From: an uncultured archaeon
GTDB taxonomy: Archaea > Asgardarchaeota > Lokiarchaeia > Sigyniarchaeales > SOKP01
Reading direction: 5' to 3'
NCBI GenBank assembly: GCA_964525635.1
Contig: CAZGJX010000072.1
Location: forward strand, 1-22,885
Length of the DNA: 22,885 nt
Under the pieces are notes generated by a model. It made no database searches, was not told where the DNA came from, and saw only the letters and a program-made list of their open reading frames with translations. Below, piece after piece: positions 1 through 8,003 of the stretch (positions are counted from its first letter, which is position 1; each line of letters opens with the position of its first letter). The translations under genes were made by a program, and so were the position numbers.

Positions 1-8
1 AATTTCAA

Positions 9-162
9 CTAAATTAAAAATTTGGGTATACCTTTATTTTTTACGAAGTACTGTTCAGGGAATGGTAGTTCAATTAGGACTTCTCTTTTTTTTTATATCA
101 TATAATGTTATTTTACCTTGTTTTTGATAAACTTCTTTTAATGGTTTAAATCTTGTTTTCAT
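9..162 (-). pseudogene. Possible small ORF downstream of nadE (30 aa as read; 50 aa if one base is removed from an A9 run)
   Basis: ATG at 162 is preceded by TGAGGCATAA. It reads MKTRFKPLKEVYQKQGKITLYDIKKKRSPN* (stop 70-72). Removing one A gives ...KKREVLIELPFPEQYFVKNKGIPKFLI* (stop 9-11). No recognisable family. Confidence 0.3.
48..74. repeat. Copy of a 27-bp dispersed motif GTACTGTTYAGGGARTGGTAGTTCAAT
   Basis: gtactgttcagggaatggtagttcaat matches 4624-4650 (gtactgtttagggagtggtagttcaat) at 25/27 positions. It is GC-richer than the background. Confidence 0.85.
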
Positions 163-191
163 ATTCTCTCTTATGCCTCAATTGTTTTTTT

Positions 192-950
192 TTATTTAAT
201 CTTAAATATTGGTGGCATTTTATTTTTTTGTTCTGCGGATTTCATCATTTTTATTGTTTTTTTTATATTTTTTGGATTTAAATCAGAAATATCCAAGTAA
301 TGATCAATTCGATATATTATTTCATCTAATTCATCATAAGAAATTCCAATTTCTTTTTCATCTGTCTGACCGGACCATAAACCTGCAGTCGGTGCTTTCT
401 CTATAATCTTCCTGGGCACTCCAAGGATTTCCGCTAAATTTCTTACTTCTGCCTTATATAATCCTCCTATTGGTTCAAAATCTACTCCGCCATCTCCATA
501 CTTTGTAAAATAACCTATAGCTAACTCTGTTCTGTTGCTTGTTCCAGCAATTAAATAATTCCCCATGGACTGACCGAAAAAATAGAGTATTACCATTCTT
601 AATCGTGATTTAACATTGGCAGAAGCATTTTGATTTGTTTTTAAAAATGATTTTGTTTTCTTTAAAAATAACTTATAAATTGAACTTAGATCTACTTTAT
701 AAAATTTAATTCCAATTAAATCGGCAATTAATTTTGCATCCTTATAATCATCTAAATTAGACTTGCATGGTAAGCTTAATCCAATTACATTATTGTGGCC
801 TATTGCTTTTGAGCATAAAAATGCATTAACAGTACTATCAATACCTCCACTAAGTCCTAAAATAATGCCATCAGCATTTGCAGTTTTAATATATTCTCTA
901 ATCCATTTCTGAATTTTACCATTTATATCTTTAAAATTTAAATTTCTCAT
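192..950 (-). CDS. nadE: NH3-dependent NAD+ synthetase
   Basis: 252 aa with PP-loop LGLSGGIDS plus NVKSRLRM, GTSNRTE, GYFTKYGDG and PTAGLW..QTDE..IG..Y.ELD. No glutaminase domain. Confidence 0.96.
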   Translation of the reverse strand: MRNLNFKDINGKIQKWIREYIKTANADGIILGLSGGIDSTVNAFLCSKAIGHNNVIGLSLPCKSNLDDYKDAKLIADLIGIKFYKVDLSSIYKLFLKKTKSFLKTNQNASANVKSRLRMVILYFFGQSMGNYLIAGTSNRTELAIGYFTKYGDGGVDFEPIGGLYKAEVRNLAEILGVPRKIIEKAPTAGLWSGQTDEKEIGISYDELDEIIYRIDHYLDISDLNPKNIKKTIKMMKSAEQKNKMPPIFKIK

Positions 951-1073
951 ATAATCTTTTCAAATGATTTAATTATAAATATTAGATTATAATATTATAA
1001 TATATTATTTTTGAAACTTTTTTAAGTAAATTTGATTATTTATTATTAGAATAATTAAAAAGAAGGATATACT

Positions 1074-1490
1074 ATGAGTGATGAATTTAAAAATTTAATA
1101 GACCAATCATATGAAAAAGCAATTAGTCCAATCTGGATATATACCAATGATTATATTTATGGAATGATACCAGGTGATGAAAGTGGTGATCGTTGGATTG
1201 AAGTAACTTTTGATTTTGATTCAGATGATCCTCTTCTCAAAAAAGAGAGAGGTGCTGATTTATCATATCAATTTTTATTTGAAGAACTTGAAAAGGGAGT
1301 ACCTTTTTATATTGAAGATTTCAATGTTCTTAATTTGAAGCAGTTTGCAAGTACAATTGAATCAAAACCTGGCCCTGAAAAAATAAAAGCTTTGATTTCA
1401 GAACTCATTATTAATACTGAAAAATATTCTAAGAATTTACCCATTATAAAAAAGAAAGAAGATACTAATATATTAAAGGAAAAAGTTTAG
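1074..1490 (+). CDS. Hypothetical acidic protein (138 aa)
   Basis: Clean ORF with AAGGA upstream and normal protein composition. No motif recognised. Confidence 0.8.
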   Translation: MSDEFKNLIDQSYEKAISPIWIYTNDYIYGMIPGDESGDRWIEVTFDFDSDDPLLKKERGADLSYQFLFEELEKGVPFYIEDFNVLNLKQFASTIESKPGPEKIKALISELIINTEKYSKNLPIIKKKEDTNILKEKV

Positions 1491-1503
1491 GTTTTCTGTT
1501 TTT

Positions 1504-1998
1504 TTATATATATAGATTTTTTCTCTGTGGAAAATTTTTAGTAAAAGTATCATCAATTTTTCTAGCCATTTGATATCCAATATTGGAGTCATTTTCTTTA
1601 ATTATCTTTCTTAAATAATCACCTTTTATTTGAGAAAACTTTTCTATTCCTGAGGCAATTATATTTTGGTCTTTTTTAATTGGTACAATCATTCCAAAAA
1701 AATTTAACATATCTTCTTTAGACATTTTTTGACTATTAATATCAATCTCATTATCAATTTTCTTTAAAACGGTTCCCATAGATAATGCAGAATAAGGACT
1801 TAATTGCTTTGATTTTAACCAGAAAGTGTTAGGTGGTTTAGTAATGAAAGTATCTGTGTTACAATCTTTATCTTTTGAACTAATGATTCTCCAATTTTTT
1901 GGATCTTTATCATATTGTTTTTTAATTTTTTTTACTACATTTGAGATTGGAGCAATTCCATGATAATCTTCCTTAGATTCCTTATCATTCTGTGTCAT
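1504..1998 (-). CDS. Hypothetical protein (164 aa), probably a conserved archaeal family
   Basis: Clean ORF convergent with 1074-1490. The DPKNWR...FWLKSKQLSPY segment looks like a conserved core, but the function is unknown. Confidence 0.8.
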   Translation of the reverse strand: MTQNDKESKEDYHGIAPISNVVKKIKKQYDKDPKNWRIISSKDKDCNTDTFITKPPNTFWLKSKQLSPYSALSMGTVLKKIDNEIDINSQKMSKEDMLNFFGMIVPIKKDQNIIASGIEKFSQIKGDYLRKIIKENDSNIGYQMARKIDDTFTKNFPQRKNLYI

Positions 1999-2147
1999 AC
2001 TTATATAATATTTAATGATTAAAACTATAAAAACTTAAAGTATGTGGTGTAATAACAAATTCTATATCATTTATTAAAAGACTAAATCATAGATATTATA
2101 ATATAAGAATGGATGATTTTAATTTATAAATAATAATTTATGAATTA

Positions 2148-4025
2148 ATGAAGGATAATTATTTCAAAATTCATCATTTTTATACAGAAGTTAATAATTA
2201 TATAAACAATTTTGAATTTAAAAAAGCTCAAACTTTATTATCTGAATTAGAAGATATTGAAAATTATTTTTTAAATACATATAATGAGCGTAAAAAAGAA
2301 GGTGTTTATTTCACAAGTGATAATATTTCACAATTTATTATTAATATTTCTCTAATTACTTTCCTAAATCATAAAATAAACTTAGAGATAGAATCATTTG
2401 ATCATATTTTTAGTTTTGAACCAACAATTCAAAAAAAAATAGGAGATATCTTATTAGAGACCTCCCTCTGTGATCCAACATGTGGTTCTGGAGTATTTTT
2501 GTACAATTCTGTAATTATTATTCTTGAATTATTAAAAAATATCTTTCCAAATATGAGTGAAATAGAATTAAAAACAAAAATAATAAATAATATTTACGGT
2601 TTAGATATAAATTCTCTTTCTATAGATTTATGTAAATTAAAATTGTATAAATGGATTTTAAATAATAATTTTTGTAATAATCAAGATCCTTTTTTTAAAA
2701 TAAATCGTAATTTACAAGTCGCTAATAGTTTAATCAATTCAGATTGGTCAGAATCAATTTATAAAAAAAAGAAATTTAATCTAATAATAGGAAATCCTCC
2801 CTATGGTAATATTTTAAGTGATAAGGAAAAAAAAAAATTGAAAAACGATATAATTTTTTCAAATGATATTTATTGTGCCTATATCTTAAAAGCTTTAAAT
2901 TGGTCAAATGGAATTATTGGATTTTTGGTCCCAAAAAGCTTTCTTCTCAGACAAAACTATATAGATTTTAGAAATACATTATTTTCAAAAGCAAATATCT
3001 TAAAAATATATGATATTGGTCCTAATTTATTTAAAAAAGCTACAAATGAAGTTCAAGTTTTTATTTATAATAATAAAGAACATAATAATATGGATTTGGA
3101 AGTATTTAATTTTCCAGATAAAAAAATAACAACATATCATAATCAAGATTTTGATAGTCTTAGAATATGTAAAAATCAGAAATGCCAAATGAATACTAAA
3201 TCAAAAAAATATTTTGCCTACACTTTTAAAAATGAATGCTCTTTTTGTAATTCTCATACCATTAATTTAAATAGAATACGTGTAAAATGTACAAAAAAAA
3301 TCCTTAATATTATCAATAAAATAGAAGGAACCGGTGATTTTAATTATTTAAATATAAATAAATTTCCAAAATTCATAAGAGGCGAAGAGGCAAAAGGACT
3401 GAAAGAAGTTAAGAAATTTATTAAACCTAATAACAAAGGGACATGTTATTTTCTTGATGCTAAAAAAGATTTTAGTTATTATTATTTTTCTAAATCTAAA
3501 ACTTTTAATTTAGAAGACACAAATTCTAAAATTCTAAAAGGAAATAATTATGAATATTATAAAAATCCAAAATTATTGATAAAACACAATAATATTTATC
3601 CAGAGGCCATATTTACTAAAGATAATGCTTGTTTTACATCTTCAATATACTCATTACTTCATTCGGATTCTTATGAACTCAAATATCTATGTGCAGTTTT
3701 AAATTCTATTATCCTCCAATTCTATTGTATTTTTGGAATTAATAATCAAAAAGATACAACAATAAATTTAAATCAATATATGATTAGGCATTTACCAATA
3801 CTAAAATGTCAAAAAATAACAAAACAAGACATTTCTGAAAAAGTTGATTTTATCATAAAAAATCTAGAGGAAAATAAGGGTTTAATTACAAAAGTAATAA
3901 AAAACACTATAATTGAACTTAATAGCCAGATTTTTGATCTATTTTCAATCAATGCCAATGAAATTAATTTTATAATAGAAAAAGTAAAGGAATCAAATAA
4001 TTATTTTTATAATTTATACCACTGA
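2148..4025 (+). CDS. N6-adenine DNA methyltransferase, gamma class (Eco57I/TaqI-like), with C-terminal specificity domain
   Basis: GVYFT, then motif I DPTCGSGVFL, IYGLDIN and motif IV IIGNPPYG (order I before IV = gamma). The C-terminus is TaqI_C-like (PKLLIK...YLCAVLNS...IRHLPI). No nuclease domain seen. Confidence 0.9.
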   Translation: MKDNYFKIHHFYTEVNNYINNFEFKKAQTLLSELEDIENYFLNTYNERKKEGVYFTSDNISQFIINISLITFLNHKINLEIESFDHIFSFEPTIQKKIGDILLETSLCDPTCGSGVFLYNSVIIILELLKNIFPNMSEIELKTKIINNIYGLDINSLSIDLCKLKLYKWILNNNFCNNQDPFFKINRNLQVANSLINSDWSESIYKKKKFNLIIGNPPYGNILSDKEKKKLKNDIIFSNDIYCAYILKALNWSNGIIGFLVPKSFLLRQNYIDFRNTLFSKANILKIYDIGPNLFKKATNEVQVFIYNNKEHNNMDLEVFNFPDKKITTYHNQDFDSLRICKNQKCQMNTKSKKYFAYTFKNECSFCNSHTINLNRIRVKCTKKILNIINKIEGTGDFNYLNINKFPKFIRGEEAKGLKEVKKFIKPNNKGTCYFLDAKKDFSYYYFSKSKTFNLEDTNSKILKGNNYEYYKNPKLLIKHNNIYPEAIFTKDNACFTSSIYSLLHSDSYELKYLCAVLNSIILQFYCIFGINNQKDTTINLNQYMIRHLPILKCQKITKQDISEKVDFIIKNLEENKGLITKVIKNTIIELNSQIFDLFSINANEINFIIEKVKESNNYFYNLYH

Positions 4026-4076
4026 CATGTTAGTTTTTAATATTATTAAAAATAGAAAAAAAGGAAAAGAAAAAAA

Positions 4077-4232
4077 TTAATCTTTTTTTATAAGGGAATT
4101 GAGCTCCGTTTTTAATAAATCACGTACTGCGACTCGAATTACTTCTGAACGATTGGGATAATAATTAGCAGTTACTAATTCTTCGATTCCCTTTAGATAT
4201 TGCTCTGGAATATGACATGTAATGAGCTTAAT
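4077..4232 (-). CDS. Ribbon-helix-helix (CopG/Arc/MetJ; CdrS-like) transcription regulator, 51 aa, not in ORF track
   Basis: Manual translation (I/M)KLITCHIPEQYLKGIEELVTANYYPNRSEVIRVAVRDLLKTELNSLIKKD* has the archaeal RHH signature YPNRSE.IR.AVRDLL. AGGTG lies at 4240-4244 and a U-rich tract follows the stop. The start appears to be ATT; an alternative TTG is at 4256. Confidence 0.9.
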   Translation of the reverse strand: MKLITCHIPEQYLKGIEELVTANYYPNRSEVIRVAVRDLLKTELNSLIKKD

Positions 4233-4494
4233 CGTTAAACACCTATTTAATAACAAAATTTTTTTTTTATTATAATAAGAAATCGAAATCTAAGTAATAT
4301 ATGTATATAATATAAGAATAATATAGTATTGATAGTTTTTTTTTAATCAATTATTTTAACAATTAATTCTCTATTTAATCCCAGCTAAACTAAATTTTCT
4401 AAATAATCTTTATTCTAAGATTTTTTTTTGAAAAAACAAGAAAATTACTGAAATAAATAATTGAAAATATTTTATCAATTAATTGCGAGAAGGT

Positions 4495-4640
4495 CACTTC
4501 CTTTACAGTATCGAGTATTTTTTATTACATTTTTTCTCACCTCATTCATTCTATTCATAATTGTAGAAGATTTAAAGGTTTCAAAACAAGATTAAAAAAA
4601 TGTGATTGTAAAAAAAATACTCGGTACTGTTTAGGGAGTG
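4495..4640. repeat. 146-bp element bounded by 29-bp imperfect inverted repeats (MITE-like or structured RNA)
   Basis: 4495-4523 (cacttcctttacagtatcgagtatttttt) matches the reverse complement of 4612-4640 (cactccctaaacagtaccgagtatttttt) at 25/29. Confidence 0.8.
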
Positions 4641-4928
4641 GTAGTTCAATCAAATAATTTTCTTATATACTTATTATTTTTTTTTCTTATCAATAATTTA
4701 CCATCATTTACTGGCTAAAATTGTTATTTTAAAGGAAAATATTGTGATAAACTTAAATAAAAACATAAAAAATGTTAAAACTTTAAAAAACCAACTCTAT
4801 ATATAGAATAACGATATATTAAATCATAGGATAGTATATTATTAAAGTTATATGGAATATTAAATTCAAATTTTATTTCAATTTGAAAATCTTGGTGTAT
4901 TTTTATTTCAAATGATAATAGAGAAATA

Positions 4929-5819
4929 ATGCTATTGAATAAGAAAGGGCTTATTGCTATTAAATCACAAGAATATGATAAAGCACTTGATTATTTTGAT
5001 AACGCTTTAGAATTAGATCCAAATCATGTTCAACTTTGGAATAATAAAGGGCTTGCTTATATAAATCTAAATAGATATGGTGAAGCACTTGAATGTTTTG
5101 AGATAGCAGTAGAATTAGATTCCAGTTATATTAACGCATGGATTAAAAAGGGATTTATTTTAGAGAAATTCAATCACTTCAATGAAGCAATTGATTGTTA
5201 TGATAAAGCTTTAAAGATAAATCCTATAGATAATATAGCATTATATTCTAAAAATAAAGCAGTCACTCGATTAAAATATTATAAGAAAGTACATGGAAGA
5301 TTTAAGGATGAATTAGAATTAAATCCCAATGATCCTAATACTTGGAACAATAAAGCTCTTATCTTAAGTGCTTTAAAACAGTATGATGAAGCACTTCAAT
5401 GTTTTGATAAAGCTTTAGCAATAAATCCTGATGATCCCACTCTCTGGAACAATAAAGGTCTTACATTAAACGCACTAAAACATTATGAGGAAGCAATTGA
5501 ATGTTTCGATAAAGCATTAGAAATCTCTGCTGATGATGCTAATGCATTTAGTAATAAAGGTCTTACATATGCTATATTAAAACATTATGATGACGCTTTT
5601 ATCTGTCTAAATAGAGTTCTAGAAATATATCCAAATCATGCTTTTGCATTTTATTGCATTGCTCGTGTTTATTCTCTAATTAATAACCATTCTAAAGCGA
5701 TTGAAAATCTAGAGAAAGCGATCTCATTAAATAGAAGATATATAAATTTTGCCAAATATGAAGAAGATTTTGAAAATATAAAACATTTAGTAGAGTTTAA
5801 AGAATTAATACAAAATTAA
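4929..5819 (+). CDS. Tetratricopeptide repeat (TPR) protein
   Basis: About 7-8 TPR units (e.g. WNNKGLTLNALKHYEEAIECFDKALEI) and an A.YCIARVYS...AIENLEKAI terminal repeat. The frame is open from 4887, with a possible ATT start at 4905. Confidence 0.93.
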   Translation: MLLNKKGLIAIKSQEYDKALDYFDNALELDPNHVQLWNNKGLAYINLNRYGEALECFEIAVELDSSYINAWIKKGFILEKFNHFNEAIDCYDKALKINPIDNIALYSKNKAVTRLKYYKKVHGRFKDELELNPNDPNTWNNKALILSALKQYDEALQCFDKALAINPDDPTLWNNKGLTLNALKHYEEAIECFDKALEISADDANAFSNKGLTYAILKHYDDAFICLNRVLEIYPNHAFAFYCIARVYSLINNHSKAIENLEKAISLNRRYINFAKYEEDFENIKHLVEFKELIQN

Positions 5820-5931
5820 AAAAAAAAAAAAGAAGGAAAAAAAATATATATAATTGGGAGCTTTAGAATTATTTGAATTATACTTTGCTGAGCTTAATTC
5901 TATTATTTCTCAAATTTCTAAAGCCTTCCCA
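5818..5931 (-). terminator. Long imperfect hairpin plus poly-U tract downstream of hsp20 (3' UTR structure or terminator)
   Basis: tgggagctttagaattatttga (5855-5876) pairs with tcaaatttctaaagccttccca (5910-5931). On the minus strand it is followed by long T runs (A runs at 5818-5844 on +). Confidence 0.55.
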
Positions 5932-5952
5932 CCTATATATCAATTTTAGATT

Positions 5953-6477
5953 TTAATTAATATTGTCTACTGTGTCAATATTTATTCTTTTTGGAGGGAT
6001 CTTATCAATTCTTACTTTTAACAATCCATTATTTATTTTTGACTTTATTGTCTCATTATTGATATCAGGAGGTAAAGGAATATCTAAATTAACATCTTTT
6101 TTCCAAATAAAATTTAAAAGATCCTTCCAAGCTATTGCACCACTTCTAATTTCATCCTCTTTATCTTCTGGAGTTTTACTTTTAATAACTTCTGTAGGTC
6201 TCTTAACTTTAATGTTTAGGCTGTTACTAATTAGAGAAACCTTAACATTCTCCTTGGAAATTCCAGGTAATGGAATCGAAATCATATAATAATTATCAAA
6301 GTCTTCTATATCATATGGAATCCATCCCTCAAAATGAGTCATACAACCTTTTATATGACTCATCATCTTTTTTGCCATTCCACCCATATTCATTTTAAAA
6401 AATGCCATGGGTGTAAATTCACCATGTCCATGCACTCCATGTCCATATACTTTACACATATTTTTTTTATGCCTCAT
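5953..6477 (-). CDS. Small heat-shock protein (Hsp20/alpha-crystallin family)
   Basis: Alpha-crystallin core YDIED..NYYMISIPLPGISKENVKV..LNIK...IPLPPDIN...IKSKINNGLLKVRIDK and C-terminal I-x-I motif (RINI). The true start may be the Met at 6459, after TGAGG. Confidence 0.9.
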   Translation of the reverse strand: MRHKKNMCKVYGHGVHGHGEFTPMAFFKMNMGGMAKKMMSHIKGCMTHFEGWIPYDIEDFDNYYMISIPLPGISKENVKVSLISNSLNIKVKRPTEVIKSKTPEDKEDEIRSGAIAWKDLLNFIWKKDVNLDIPLPPDINNETIKSKINNGLLKVRIDKIPPKRINIDTVDNIN

Positions 6478-6514
6478 TTTTGTTTAATTTTTTTTTATAA
6501 ATTTTGTATTTACA

Positions 6515-7165
6515 TCAAAAATTTTCGAATTCATCATCATCTTCGATAATTGGTATTGGTTTAGCATTTTTTTCTCTTAACTCATTAATTTTATGTAAAA
6601 TATCTTCATAATAATTAATCTGATTCTTTGCTTTTCCTAAACGATGCTTCAAACTATCTCTACGATGTTTTAAATTATTAATAATTTTCTGGACACGTTC
6701 TACATTTTCCCTTGAAATATCATTTTCATCTATTTCTTGATCATAATTATGATGACAAAATGGAAAACAACTAAACATACGATCCATATTATCATCAAAT
6801 TTTATTCCTTTCATAATTGTTCGAATAAAATTTCCAAGTGTTTTTAAGCTTGGTTCGAAATTCCCCTTTAAAATCTTTTCTGATTCATCTCTGCCCTTAG
6901 CTGATATTGTATATGTTTTTTTTTTCCTATTATTTTCATCAATAATCTCTTTAACATTGACGTAACTACTGTTAACTAATCTCTCTAATAAAGGATAAAT
7001 TGTACCCGCAGATGCTTTCCATATAGGTTTGAATTCTTTATTTATTTCTTGAATTATATCATAACCTGTGATATCCGATTCATTTTTTATTAATGTGAGT
7101 ACTAAAATTTCTAATCCTGATAAAGAGCTACCATGATGGCCACTAAACCTTTTACCAAAAAACAT
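6515..7165 (-). CDS. PadR-family transcriptional regulator with long C-terminal coiled coil
   Basis: LEILVLTLI...TGYDIIQEI...WKASAGTIYPLLERL...RKKKTYTISAKGR is the PadR signature. TGAGGT ribosome-binding site upstream. Lies 37 bp upstream of hsp20. Confidence 0.92.
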   Translation of the reverse strand: MFFGKRFSGHHGSSLSGLEILVLTLIKNESDITGYDIIQEINKEFKPIWKASAGTIYPLLERLVNSSYVNVKEIIDENNRKKKTYTISAKGRDESEKILKGNFEPSLKTLGNFIRTIMKGIKFDDNMDRMFSCFPFCHHNYDQEIDENDISRENVERVQKIINNLKHRRDSLKHRLGKAKNQINYYEDILHKINELREKNAKPIPIIEDDDEFENF

Positions 7166-7235
7166 TTTTCTACCTCATTTTATTGATGATTTTATTTATC
7201 TTTAGACTAACAAAACTGATAGTCTTTTTCATATA

Positions 7236-7269
7236 TTCGTTTTATGATAGTAATATATCATAAATCGAA
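7236..7269. promoter_or_regulatory. Inverted repeat upstream of padR (candidate operator)
   Basis: ttcgttttatgata-N6-tatcataaatcgaa, arms match 13/14. It lies between TATA-like tracts (about 7278-7305, minus strand) and the padR start. Confidence 0.55.
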
Positions 7270-7616
7270 CAACTTAATATATATAAAATAAATAATATAT
7301 TTAAATGTATCGGAAATCGAATATTAATAATAATTTGAATCCAAAATGAATCCAATAATCTATATAATCAATATTTGGAAATCCATGTTTCTAACCTAGA
7401 ATGATAATGCTATCATTAATCTAAATGAAGATATTATGGGTGATCAATATAGAACTGTATATTCTAGTTTTAGAATATAAGAATATGATTCGATATAACA
7501 TTTTTTATTTATCCTCTGATCAAAGATACTGTAAAAACTTGATGATTATTTTCTAAATATAATTTCATGTTTCTTTAAAATAAATAAACGTACTATACCT
7601 TTAATTAACTTAAATT

Positions 7617-7654
7617 AAAAAAAAAAAGGTAAAAAATTGCAGTATTTTTTACCT
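7617..7654 (-). terminator. Hairpin plus poly-U terminator-like site
   Basis: aggtaaaaaat-N6-attttttacct is a perfect 11-bp stem (7627-7654), followed on the minus strand by a run of about 11 T. Confidence 0.5.
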
Positions 7655-8003
7655 ATGAAGAATGGATTTCGCATTTCTACCCTTCATCTATATATCAAAT
7701 ATGAATATATATCAAAGAAAATTCTTTGACATATATATATTAAATGATATAACTTCATATTTAAATCTTTGGTTCTTATATATAACTCATGATATTTAAA
7801 GGATTATCCAATTTTATAAAGAATATAAAGGAAATATATTTATATATATATATTCTATATTTTTTTGTTAAATAAAATTATATTGATGGATATTGCTTTG
7901 ATCAAAAATGATAAAAGATTTTATTATCAAATTGAAAAAATAGTAAAGATAGATTTTTAAATTATTTAGCTTTTAATAGTTTTACATATTCCTTATTTAT
8001 ATA

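Noticed and set aside
209-406. ORF-track 65-aa ORF (+)
   Set aside because: Antisense shadow of nadE.
4023-4040. TGA stop of the methyltransferase as possible selenocysteine
   Set aside because: Readthrough adds only four codons before TAA, the domain is already complete, and no SECIS-like element was recognised.
47-4512. Composite transposon bounded by the motif at 48 and the inverted arm at 4495-4512
   Set aside because: No transposase and no evident target-site duplication, the cargo includes housekeeping nadE, and the two ends are only loosely similar.
5030-5600. Recurring tggaa(c/t)aataaag nucleotide repeats
   Set aside because: Explained by TPR coding repeats (WNNKG); not a CRISPR or DGR repeat.
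5963-6549. ORF-track 108-aa and 71-aa ORFs (+)
   Set aside because: Antisense shadows of hsp20 and padR.
7330-7560. Short protein-like fragments on + (e.g. NDNAIINLNEDIMGDQYRTVYSSFRI)
   Set aside because: Frequent stops, no start context and no recognisable family, so a pseudogene call cannot be supported.
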